This document shows positions 1-10,414 of a DNA stretch of 64,000 bases, in pieces. Source of the DNA: the human T2T-CHM13v2.0 reference genome, Homo sapiens; assembly GCF_009914755.1 (NCBI RefSeq), contig NC_060942.1; one strand, 5' to 3'. Made by a program: the position numbers and the translations under genes. The notes below the pieces were generated by a model. It did not search any database and was not told the DNA's origin. It saw nothing but the letters and a program-made list of their open reading frames with translations. Each line of letters starts with the position of its first letter. The first letter of the stretch is position 1.

Positions 1-187
1 GGTGGTTATCCTAGTTACCACGGGCAGTCAGTATTCACACTCACTGAGGGCATTCCCGCAGCAGAGAAGGCCGCACTCACTCACTCGTACCGCGTGCACG
101 GAAACTACTTACACAGTGGGTTTTAAATGCCACGGGTAGCCCCTTGCACCAGTTAGGGTCACGTCCTTATTTGGAGGGTCAGGCGGA

Positions 188-500
188 CATGCGTCCTCTG
201 TCCCACGTGGAGAGGTGTGTGCACACTCCTATCCCCTGTCCCATGTGGAGGGGCGGGTGCAAACGCATCCTCTGTCCCACGTGGAGTGGTGTGTCCACAC
301 GCATGTCCTCTGTCCCATGCCCACGTGGAGGGGCATGTACACACGCATGTCCTCTGTCCCGTGTGGAGGGGCGTGTACACGCACACGTGTCCTCTGTCCC
401 GTGTGGAGGGGCGTGTACATGCTCACATGTGTCCTCTGTCCCGTGTGGAGGGGCGTGTACATGCAAACGTGTATCCTCTGTCCCATGTGGAGGGATGGGC
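188..500. repeat. Minisatellite, ~36-44 bp unit (tcctctgtcccgtgtggaggggcgtgtaca...)
   Basis: About 8 degenerate copies visible. Confidence 0.9.
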
Positions 501-504
501 ACAT

Positions 505-630
505 GTGTGTCTTCAGGACGCCTGTCTCAGGCACCCGTGTGTCTTCAGGACGCCTGTCGGGCACACGCGTGTCTTCAGAACGCTTGTCTGGGGCACACGT
601 GTGTTCTCAGGATGCCTGTCTCGGGCACAC
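505..630. repeat. Minisatellite, ~31 bp unit (gtgtcttcaggacgcctgtctcgggcacac), 4 copies
   Basis: Direct inspection. Confidence 0.85.
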
Positions 631-695
631 AGGTTGCGGGGGCGGCCGGGGCTCCTCAGGCCTTTTCTCCCGACTGTTGCTACTATTCTTTTTAG

Positions 696-846
696 GGCAT
701 CTTTCACTTCCAGCTGGGCCGGGGTGAGCCCATGCTGCACACGCGCCTGCGTCCACACTGCAAGGACTTCCTGGAGAAGATCGCCAAGCTGTACGAGCTG
801 CACGTCTTCACCTTCGGCAGCCGGCTGTACGCACACACCATCGCAG
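696..846 (+). CDS. CTDP1: CTDP1/FCP1 coding exon 5 (151 nt), FCPH phosphatase domain
   Basis: tttag|GGC acceptor, GCAG|gtcagt donor; reads GIFHFQLGRGEPMLHTRLRPHCKDFLEKIAKLYELHVFTFGSRLYAHTIA, typical FCP1/SCP 'RP...FL...YELHVFT' segment. Confidence 0.97.
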
Positions 847-1329
847 GTCAGTCAAGCCGCAGCCGAAGAGGCCGTGTGAACAGTGGGTTTCTTTCCTGTT
901 TTCGGTGATGGTTTCTTAAAGATGAAGAAAGAAAAGAAGCTCTCCTGCAACTCAGTTGTAGTCTTAGGGTTGGCCGTTGTGCAGGGGGTTGTGAGAGGTA
1001 AGGGAATTCTGCCACCAGGGCTGTTGGGTGGGGCCGCGGCTGCTCTGGCCGGGTGCGGTACTGGGTGGGCCGCTTTGGGAGTTTGTCAGGACCACATGGG
1101 CACGTGGAAACTTCTGCGAGCGTCCTCCGACAGATACCTTCTTAAATCAGTTCACAGGGACTTTGGGCCGGGCTGCTTGTGTGTGCTCTTGCTGGGTGCT
1201 GTCACTGCACACAGCATGATTGTCCCCTACCTACACATGGGTACCCTTAGGGTTTAGCGTTTGCTTCTGTCTCCCTGGGTGATAGCGTGAATGCCAGGCT
1301 ACGGTGCCCTCTGGGAGGCAGCACCAGCA

Positions 1330-1595
1330 GGACGAATCGAGGGGACAGTGCCACGGGACGGTGACTGTCCCATGTGGATGCAGTGAGGGGACGCCACAGG
1401 ATGGTGACCGTCTGTCCTTCATGGACAAAGCGAGGGGACAAAGTGGGACAGCGACCGTCTGTTCCACGTGGACGAAGCAACGTCTGTCCCACGTGGACGA
1501 AGCAAGGGGACAGTGCGGGACGGCGACCGTCTGTCCCACGTGGACAAAGCGAGGGGGCTGCCACGGGACGGCGACCGTCTGTCCCACATGGATGT
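1330..1595. repeat. Minisatellite, ~47 bp unit (gggacggcgaccgtctgtcccacgtggacaaagcgagggg...)
   Basis: About 5-6 degenerate copies. Confidence 0.85.
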
Positions 1596-1926
1596 AGGCG
1601 CCGAGTGGCAGTGTAGGCAAGCTCCTCCGTACTGGCTCCAGAGGTTGTTAGACTGAGCATTTTAAAATTCAAAGGTCTTTCTAGATTGGTCTTAGTCTTT
1701 TGTTGTTGTTGGGGAAATGAATTTTGAATCCTCCTTTAATATTTAGTGCCTTTATAGGAAATTGTGATCATGACCTTTAATTCCTCTTGTAATTGAAATT
1801 TGAAATATTCACCTGTAACATTATGGCTGCTGCTGCATAGCTGCCTGAGACAGATGATGTGAAGACGAGTAATTATGCACAAGGGTGATATTGCTCACTT
1901 CCTCGGGCCAGTGAAGAAATAATGCC

Positions 1927-2236
1927 TGCTATGATCTGAGGGTTTTACAGCCCCCAAGTCCATGTGTTAAAACCCAGTCCCAGGGCGAGGGTGTTAGGAG
2001 GGGCGTGGGAGGTGGTGAGGTCATGTGGACTCCATCCTCGTGAATGGAATCAGGGCCCTTACCCAGGTGGGCCCTGGGAGCTGCGGGAAATGCAGCAAGC
2101 CGGCGCCCACTGACCTGCAGCCAAGTTGCTGGCGCCGTGGTCGGACGCCGGCCTCCAGAACTGTGAGGAAGGGACGTGTGTTCCTGAGTCACCCACACTA
2201 TGGAGTTTCTTTAGAGCAGCCCAGGCCGACTAAGCT
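1927..2236 (+). mobile_element. MLT1A-like MaLR solo LTR
   Basis: tgctatgatctga start; gcctccagaactgtgag...agcagcccaggccgactaag end resemble the MLT1A consensus. Confidence 0.7.
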
Positions 2237-3514
2237 GCCCACTGTGTGGAAATAGACCCCCAAATCCCCATGTGTTCCAGCCCCAGATTGTGCCGTTGCA
2301 GCCAGTGCCAGGCACCTCCCAGAGGACAACCCATAAGTCACACAAACCGCAGGGACAGTGACGCCCACTCAAACCAGACAACTGAGCGGGGCATCACTCT
2401 CACAATAACAAATGTCAGGGAAAGACTAAAAACCAGAAAATTATTCCTCACGCTCATCATATCCATGGCTGTCCCCTATTCTCTGGTTTTTTTTTTGTAT
2501 GTATAATTTTGCCTAGTTTGTCTTAATATATGTACAAGTTTACATACCGTTCTTTTCACATAAGATTTCATCACTAAGAATTTATCCATCACGTTGTTAT
2601 AAATCTTCATCATTTTATGTAAGATTTTTTTCCCTCCTCTGTGGACTGGATCCTCTGGGTGAGTTCCTAAAACCAGGATTGTTCGGTGAGGGAGTGGTTC
2701 CTGACCCCCAGGACTGTGAGGACTGCACGCCGCATGGCCTGCTCCCTGGGAGGGTGACGGGTTTGCCTCCCGCCTCCCACACAAGGCGCACACCAGCGGG
2801 CACAGCCCGGTGACCTGCACGTCTGAGTCCAGGATGCCAGTGATGTTTCTTCTCCTCCTGTCCCGTCTTCCATACGTTGATCTGGTGCCCGTGCAAGTGT
2901 TTCTCATTTCGGATTTCCTTCTCCAGGTCTCTCTCTGAAGCTGGGCTTCTTTAGGTTCGCTGTTTCACACGTCTTGCTTATCCTTTCCTGAGGTGCATCG
3001 ATGTTTGCTGGTCAGAGCACACAAGCCCCAGTGAGGAGGAGCATGTGGAAGGCTCGGATCTGTTTAAATGCTTGGCTGGAGGGGTTTGGGCTAAAAGCAG
3101 AGGGTCCCAGGTTTTAGCCAGGCTACACCCTTGCCACCCGTCACACCAGCAGGCAGGGTATGGGTCACCACAGTCTGATTCCACGTTCATGAGGCCTCGT
3201 GTGGTGAGAGATGAAGCAGGTGACGAGAACGCCATGTTTCTTTATCAGCCTGAAAGCTGGAGGGAGCCTGGGAGCTGCTCGCAGATTCAGCAGAGCATCC
3301 ATGCAGACATCCGCAGGCCGCTGAGCCGCTTAGACAGCAGAGCAGGGAGCCTGCTGGTGGGCGCTTGGCTGCGGAGAGCCTCGAGCGCGGGTCCTCCTGC
3401 AGTGAGACCAGCTAGGTTTGTTGAGCGTCACCGGGCCGTCTGGTGCCTTCTCCGTTTCAAGCTCTGCTTTCTATGCTAAAGTTCCAGCATTCCAACGTGT
3501 CCAAGGGATGTCGG

Positions 3515-3600
3515 CCAAAACCAGACGAAGACATCACAAGAAAACTGCAGACCAGTATCCCTTTGAACATGGATGCAGAAATTCTCAACAGAACATGGGC
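3515..3600 (+). mobile_element. Small L1 ORF2 (RT) fragment
   Basis: Translates KPDEDITRK...LNMDAEILN, similar to the L1 ORF2 segment KP.KD.T.KENYRPISLMNIDAKILN. Confidence 0.6.
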
Positions 3601-4386
3601 CCTCGAGCCCAGCAACGCAGGAGGAGGACTGTGTCCAGGCTGTGGTTCAGGAAGGCCGAGCTTTGCTTCATTGTGGCTGGCGGGATCTGTAGAGATGACC
3701 TGGGTCAGCTTTTCTACAAGTGAGAAAGTGAGGTCCGGAATGAAGCCTGAGGTGGTCGCCGAGCATCTGCTTTTGATGCTTTTCATTTTGAAAGTGACCG
3801 TGTTGATAGCATGCGTGCTTTCAGTATGACTAGGACAGAGATGTTAAGAGTTTGCGATGCGTGTCTTTTATCTGATAGTAGAGACGCTAATAATTCTATT
3901 AACAGACTTTAGATCTAGCGACTTCATGGCCTCAGTGATCATCTGGAATTTACGCATAGTGAGAAACAATCGCATTTATTTCTCCTTTAAGCCCAAGTAT
4001 CTTTTGGTTAATGAAATACTAACAAACCAGTGGTATCAGGGAACGGAAAGCTCCTGGCAGTACTGCATTTGAAACGTCTGGAGGTGGTGATGCTTCAGCC
4101 AGGAAGCAGGTTCATCTTCCCAGAAGATCTTACGGATCCCACAGTGCATTGTGCATAGTGCCGTGGGGCTGCAGGGTAACTGAGGTGGTGCACAGAGCAG
4201 CTCTTCTGTTTTAATTGTAATGTGTATGTTTTAACCTGTATCAAAAACAGCAAATGTGTTTCTCGCATTTGTGATCTCAGAGGTGGTGGTGCAGAGGTTG
4301 AGCCCAGTAGGGATGGGTGCAGGGAGTAGTTGATTAAAAGCCAGCGTGAAAACAATAGTGATTATGTGGAGTGCAGTCAGGGCACG

Positions 4387-4505
4387 TTCAGATCCGGAAG
4401 TGGACCCCGTGTGCCACGTGGGGACGTGGAGCCAGGCGTTCTGGGGTGCATTCGGATCCGGAAGTGGACCCCGTGTGCCATGCAGAGGCGTGGAGCCAGG
4501 CGTTC
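4387..4505. repeat. 64-bp tandem duplication carrying CCGGAAGTG in both copies
   Basis: CCGGAAGTG at 4394 and 4458. Confidence 0.85.
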
Positions 4506-6274
4506 CAGTGAGACTTAAGTCTTGAGAGAATGTGGGCTGCGTGGTTGGACTTTGGGTTCACAGTGCTTTTGAGATGTCTCATCTACCTCCTTTGCTTCAT
4601 GCATAACTAACGGTTATGCAGGGGACCTGCGTGCCATGACAAGACCACAGTCCCAGCTCCCGACTCTGGACCGGCTCACTCTTGTGCAATCCAGTCCCCG
4701 TTTTGTTCCACGGCACCTGCACGTGTCAGGCCAGATAGAGGTTGTGTGTTAATGTGTTCAATTTTCTTACAATTTCAGCCTCTTGGGAGAGTAATAATTA
4801 TGTTGTATTCATTCCCGCACCTTATATTCCTAGCAAAATTCCAAGTAATGTTAAACTCAGTAAATGTTAAATGATCAAATACCCTTAAACACGTTATGTG
4901 GGTGCCATGGAATACCTATCTCTTGAGGTATGTGCAGATTTATGGCTTCAGCCACTTGTATGATGAGTAGCTGAAACATTTCTTTTTGAGGCTTCATAAT
5001 TAACCGTAGCTTTTTCTCTCCAGAATGTTTTAAATGGCTGGTGAAATTAAATTGACATTGAACTTGATGCCTCCAACATATTTTACCAATGGAATAAATT
5101 ACCTGAAAGGTTGTTTTGTTTTTGTTTAGTACCCCTACTTCTACAAACTGAAATATGTTTCCTATATACTCTGTGGTTCTTGTAAACTAACAAGAGATAA
5201 CTTATTTTTAAATTATCTTTATTTAAAAATATGAGCACTTTACTGTAAATTGAAGACTTTGCAAACTTAGGAAGATAACACAGTAGGCTTAAAGTTCAGA
5301 AGATAAATTTATAGATCAAGAAACCCAGAGCGGAGGTGATCCCAAGAAACCTCTGCCTGATTTGTTGATTTTCACAGTGGTGCTTCCTGAAGTGTAGAAG
5401 GGATGTTTGCAGATAGCTTGGTTTTACTATCTTTAAGGAGTCGAAGCTGAGCATCAAGCATGTGAAGCTCTTTAGAAAATTACTGTTAAAAAGTTAAACT
5501 AGACTTGTAATTAACGGATGTCATGTGAAGTGCAAGTGTCAAATGTAGCCTAAGCGGATTCTTCGCTGTGGAAGCACCTTCTGCACTAGCTGGTCAAGGT
5601 GGTGTCCCGGATGTCCTTCCTTCCCAGTCTCCTCTGTCAGGCAGGCTTCCTCGATGTTGCCTAAATTACCATTATTAAAACGTGTATAATAGTTAGAAAT
5701 AACCGGCCTTTCTGTGTATTTCTACAACACAGAGTGTGAGTTTGTATAATTCTACTAAAGTAACTTGGGAGAAGCAAACTTCCTTGATAACCTTTCCTCC
5801 ACTAACCATTACAGATGAGAGCAGTGGGCCACCCGCCTGGGGTTAGGAAAGATCATATCCGAGGTGACGCAGAGTAATTTCAGCTTAGTGTCCAGACTCC
5901 ATCACGTGAAGAACCACATGCAGAGTGTTTTGAGATCAAATGATGACTTACCTGTTTTACTTATGCAAGTGCCTTCCATAATTTTCATATCCATCTGGTT
6001 TAGATAGGCACTTCAGTAAGATATTACAAATTTTTCATGTTAGTAGAATTGTAAACACTTATCAACATGGTTTGTGTTTGAGAAATAAGTTCACCATAAG
6101 AGAAAAGAAGCCCCACACGAGCCACGTCTTACCTCAAAAGGGATGAAGTGTTTGGTGCCAGTTCATCATGTTGTGTGTCTGCCACTTTAAAAAAAACATT
6201 CAAGGCTTCACCATGTGCCGTGTGACCGAAACGTGTCTCAGGTATGTAATCTTTGTCCTGTTTTCTTTTCCAAG

Positions 6275-6365
6275 GCTTTTTAGACCCCGAGAAGAAGCTT
6301 TTTTCTCACCGAATATTATCAAGGGATGAATGTATTGACCCATTTTCTAAAACGGGAAACCTTAG
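6275..6365 (+). CDS. CTDP1: CTDP1 coding exon 6 (91 nt)
   Basis: ttttccaag|GC acceptor, TTAG|gtatgt donor; phase 1 in, phase 2 out; (G)FLDPEKKLFSHRILSRDECIDPFSKTGNL(R). Confidence 0.97.
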
Positions 6366-6453
6366 GTATGTACCCAGCCGCGCTCCTCACAAAGACCTCG
6401 CTGTTCATTTCCCATTTCAAAAATCGCATCTTGAAATTTAGAGCAGTATTTCT

Positions 6454-6766
6454 TTTTTTCTTTTTTTTTGAGACGGAGTCTTGCTGTTGCCCAGGCTAGA
6501 GTGCAGTGGCGCGATCTCGGCTCACTGCAAGCTCTGCTTCCAGAGTTCACGCCATTCTCCTGCCTCAGCCTCCTGAGTAGCTAGGACTACAGGCACCCAC
6601 CACCTCGCCCGGCAATTTTTTTTTTTTTTTTTTTTTTTTGTATTTTTAGTACAGACGGTGGTTTCACTGTGTTAGCCAGGATGGCCTCGATCTCCTGACC
6701 TCGTGATCTTCCCGCCTCAGCCTCCCAAAGTGTTGGGATTACAGGCATGAGCCATTGCACCCGGCC
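6454..6766 (-). mobile_element. AluY, antisense, intron 6, with 15-bp target-site duplication
   Basis: Full dimer with AluY-type positions (gcaagctc, cacgccattctcc, tgttagccaggatg); TSD TAGAGCAGTATTTCT at 6439-6453 and 6767-6781; expanded T24 linker. Confidence 0.95.
6650..6744 (+). other. CTDP1: Latent 95-nt Alu pseudoexon (CCFDN cryptic exon); wild-type GC at the donor
   Basis: T24-gtatttttag acceptor (AG 6648-6649), ACAG|gcatgag at 6745; C6746>T would create a GT donor; in-frame TGA at 6696-6698. Confidence 0.88.
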
Positions 6767-7004
6767 TAGAGCAGTATTTCTGTATTGATGTTTTTTAGGA
6801 ATTTAACATCCCCTTTCCAGTTTTCATTGTTAGCCTCAGAGTACTTAGAAAGTTCCTTTCTAACCTGTACTCCCACTGTCTCCCAGGTGCCTGAGCCCTG
6901 GTGCTTGTGCAGGGCCCCCAATCCAGGCTCTGCCCCATCCCAATAGCCCTGTCCTGCCCTGAAACTGCCCTTGAGCTGGGCTTTTGTGTCTGTGGAGGCG
7001 GGGA

Positions 7005-7153
7005 CTGTCATCCTCTCTGCCTCGTCTCTGTTAGACAGCACAATTCGATGTCAGCCCGCCACCTGACGTTGTGTATCTGTCATCCTCTCTGCCTCATCTC
7101 TGTCAGACGGCACTGATTCGATGTCAGCCCGCCACCTGACGTTGTGTATCTGT
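7005..7153. repeat. ~72-bp tandem duplication
   Basis: ctgtcatcctctctgcctc...cctgacgttgtgtat twice. Confidence 0.85.
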
Positions 7154-8239
7154 TTGCTTAACCAACCCTGGCATATGTGATCATTCTAGTCCCTTGACCT
7201 CCAAATTTTCATTCCTATGCGAAGACCTGGCATCGAGATTTGTGGTTGGAGAGGCAGGAGGCAGGCGTGTGTCCCCACAGTAGCCAGCTGTGAAGGATTT
7301 GGCCCTTTTGCCTCTGAGTATCCAGGGAATGGCCAGGGCTCCTGGGGAACTCAGCGACTGGACTTTCGGGCCCAGAACCCAGGAGGGCAGGCGTAGGGAC
7401 GGGATGGCATCAGGGAGGTGGCAGTCGAAAGGACCCGAGTGGGCAGAGGAATGTGAATAGCCCCACCCCACGCACAAGCTCAGCAGCTCTGCGGGGCCAC
7501 TGGTTTAGCGGCAGTTCTTGACATCAGCGTCAGCATCTGAGGTTGATAATTTTCTTAGGAGCTTGCTTGTGTTAATCCTACTAATAATTTACAAAATCCT
7601 AAGTCACTTGACTATTATGCCCATATTTTTGCCTTTTGCCATTTCTTCCTTTCCATCAGCTCCAGAGCCCCTTCCTGTCAGCTCCTCTGAGCCTTTTTGA
7701 CAGGGCAGGCCGCTCCCCGCCCCTCCGCAAAGACTTTTTAATATTCTTTTATATGCTTTGACGTTTCTTGCCCACTGTATTCGAGGAGTTTCCCCATTTC
7801 CACCCGGAAGTCCGTCCTTGCTGATGTAACACCATGTCAGGTGTGGCTTGTTTTCCCGAGGAGCCTGGTGGCCACAGCCTCAGCTTCAGCCGCTTCCTGG
7901 TTCTCGGTGGCCACCCTCCTCCCAGCGCTTCGGTTTTTACATTTAGGGAGTCCCCACAGACTGTGAGACCTATGCTTGCTAATGTTAACTAAGAAGAGAA
8001 TCTGAAAGTATTTACTTCAGAAACCTCCTTTTTGCTAGTTAGCGCCAGAGTGAGTAGATTAATCAGGGCAAAAGAGAATGAGAGGTGCTGTTAGTGTGTT
8101 ACAGGGAAAAGTCACCCGAAGGCAGAATGATAGGATCGAATGGGGACATGCCCAGGATAGGCCCCAGTGGTGGGTACTGTGGTTTGCATGGAGGTAGCTG
8201 GAGGTCCGCTTAGAAATTCTGCATCAGCACTGGGTCTGG

Positions 8240-8540
8240 TTTTTGTTTTTTTGTTTTTGAGACCGTCTGGCTCGGTCGCCCAGGCTTAAGTGCAGTAGTG
8301 TGGTCTCAGCTCACCACAGTCTTGACTTCCTGGGCTCAAGCTATCCTCCCACTTCAGCCTTCTGAGTAGCCGGGACTACGGGCGCACACCCCAACACCTG
8401 TCTAACTTTTGTATGTTTTGTAGAGACGGGGTCTTCCTATGTTGCCCAGGCTGGTGTCAGACTCCTAGGCTCAAGAGACCCTCCTGCCAAGACCTCCCGA
8501 AGTGCTGGAATTGCAGGCATTAGCCACACAGCGCCTAGCC
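8240..8540 (-). mobile_element. AluJ, antisense
   Basis: Diverged dimer with ctgggctcaagc J-type signature. Confidence 0.88.
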
Positions 8541-8551
8541 TGGTCTGTTTA

Positions 8552-8716
8552 CAGAGTCAGCAAATTCTGGCCTTTAGGCTACCCAGCCTTGTTTGTACAT
8601 GAAGTTTTATTGAAACATGGTCACGCCCACACGGTCAGAGTTGGGTTTCGTCCCCGTGGCCCGTAATGCCTAAAATAGTGACTCTGGCGCTTTAAGAAAC
8701 AGTTTGGGAACTCCTG
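8552..8716 (+). mobile_element. MER58A-like hAT MITE
   Basis: cagagtcagcaaa...aagttttattgaaaca...gcctaaaata...agtttgggaactcctg. Confidence 0.65.
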
Positions 8717-8928
8717 CCTGAAGGAGAATCGGAAACAGCACTGAAGATGTTACTGAGGTTTAAATGCGACCCAAACAGAAAGGGCTTCGGGGCGGTTGGT
8801 GTCCGTCTGATTAACCTGCTGTCTGCTGGTTACATGTGGATTAGAATCTTAAACTGTTACGCTTGGCAAGATGAATGACTACAACTTTTCATTATTATTT
8901 TTTGTAAATTATGCATTTTCACTTGTAG

Positions 8929-9095
8929 AAATCTCTTTCCTTGTGGAGACTCAATGGTTTGCATTATTGATGATCGAGAAGATGTCTGGAAGTTTGCCCC
9001 CAATCTGATAACTGTGAAGAAATATGTATACTTCCAGGGCACGGGTGATATGAATGCGCCCCCTGGGTCCCGAGAATCTCAGACGAGAAAGAAAG
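8929..9095 (+). CDS. CTDP1: CTDP1 coding exon 7 (167 nt), includes the IIDD motif of the FCPH/HAD fold
   Basis: cttgtag|A acceptor, AAAG|gtgggt donor; NLFPCGDSMVCIIDDREDVWKFAPNLITVKKYVYFQGTGDMNAPPGSRESQTRKK, in frame with exon 6. Confidence 0.97.
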
Positions 9096-9789
9096 GTGGG
9101 TAACCTCCTTCCTGATTCTCTAGAAGAATTCACATTTGCTTATTGTTTAGCTCTTCTTATTTCTTATCTCTGTTTTGACTGCTATAAATTCAAGATACAC
9201 TTTTTTTATTTGTGTTTCAGTAGAGATTATTGGATTTATTTATAGAGTACTGAAAAACAGGATATTAGGTTGTTTCAATTTGGGCTTTAAAAAAAATGGC
9301 CCTCACTTAAGCGTTTTCCCAGTTGAATAAAAACTAGAGGATGCTGTTTAACCTAACACATCCGAATAACTCCCTTCATCCCAGTTTTCCTTAAACACAT
9401 CCCTGGGTATTGGGCCATAGTGTTCTGTAGAGAGAGTGAATGTGGGGGCGGTGGCTCTGCGGGGAATAACCGTTCCCCGTGCGCAGTGGTCAGGCTGGGC
9501 GCTGGCTGGGGCCCCAGAGAGCAGCGTGGTTTAACTTGTCAGTCAGGCATGCAGCTGACGTCCACCCTACGAAAGTTAAGTGTTTTTTGATCTTTAGTTT
9601 TTTGAAAAATATTTTGAGGCACACGTTTATTGCTGTAGTCACTAAAATGGAACTTGGAGGTTAGGACCAGGGGAGGGTGAAACTAGGGGCATTCCTGTAG
9701 AAGGTAGAGACTTTCACCAGATGGGTGGGGTCAGCGTGGAGTTGCTGACTTCCTCCAGACCGTGGCTTGGGAAACCGTGGCCATGGTGG

Positions 9790-10033
9790 TGCCAGGTCAT
9801 CCGGGGCTTACAGTCACGGTGGCGCCAGGTCTGCAGGGGCTTACGGCCACGGTGGCGCCAGGTCTGCAGGGGCTTACGGCCACGGTGGCGCCAGGTCTGC
9901 AGGGGCTTACGGCCACGGTGGCGCCAGGTCTGCAGGGGCTTACGGCCACGGTGGCGCCAGGTCGTCAGGGGCTTACGGCCACGGTGGCGCCAGGTCTGCA
10001 GGGGCTTACGGTCACGGTGGCGCCAGGTCTGCA
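9790..10033. repeat. VNTR, 33-bp unit (ggggcttacggccacggtggcgccaggtctgca), ~7.5 copies
   Basis: Near-perfect tandem copies; gives 11-aa periodic ORFs in all three + frames. Confidence 0.95.
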
Positions 10034-10058
10034 GCCCGGAAACCTCTAGTTGTCCTTA

Positions 10059-10266
10059 CAGGTGGAGGATCCCTCCTCCCCCAAATCCAAAGCTTTTTGA
10101 GTGCCCACATGGTGCTTAAAGGAAATACTCATTAGGGTATTTTGGATTTTTCGGATTGGGGATGTTCAGCTGGTAAGTTTAACGCAAATACTCCAAACTC
10201 AGAAAAAAATTCAATATCCAAAACGTCCCTGGTCCCACGCACTTCAGGTAAGGGGTGCTCACCCTG
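10059..10266 (+). mobile_element. Tigger4a/MER46-like DNA transposon MITE
   Basis: ta|caggtggaggatccc ... ggggtgctcaccctg terminal inverted repeats; internal aaaggaaatactcatt. Confidence 0.7.
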
Positions 10267-10414
10267 TCCGGCCTCTTCACAGCAAGGTTGCCAAGGCCTG
10301 GTCTAGAGGGTGGTGGACTTCACAGCCATGGAGAAGGGTGCTGCTTTAACTTGGAACGTTATTTAATGTTTAATGCTAAATTGCGGTAACTTTTCCTTTT
10401 GCATGCATATTTAG

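Noticed and set aside
144-879. Cys/His-rich overlapping ORFs of 75-220 aa
   Set aside because: Translations of the minisatellites; the real exon 5 uses another frame bounded by splice sites.
6746-6746. Pathogenic CCFDN allele
   Set aside because: The base is C (GC donor), i.e. the non-mutant allele.
9790-10033. CTCF-like GGTGGCGC in each 33-bp unit
   Set aside because: Only the 3' half of the motif matches; the 5' CCAC-AG core is misaligned.
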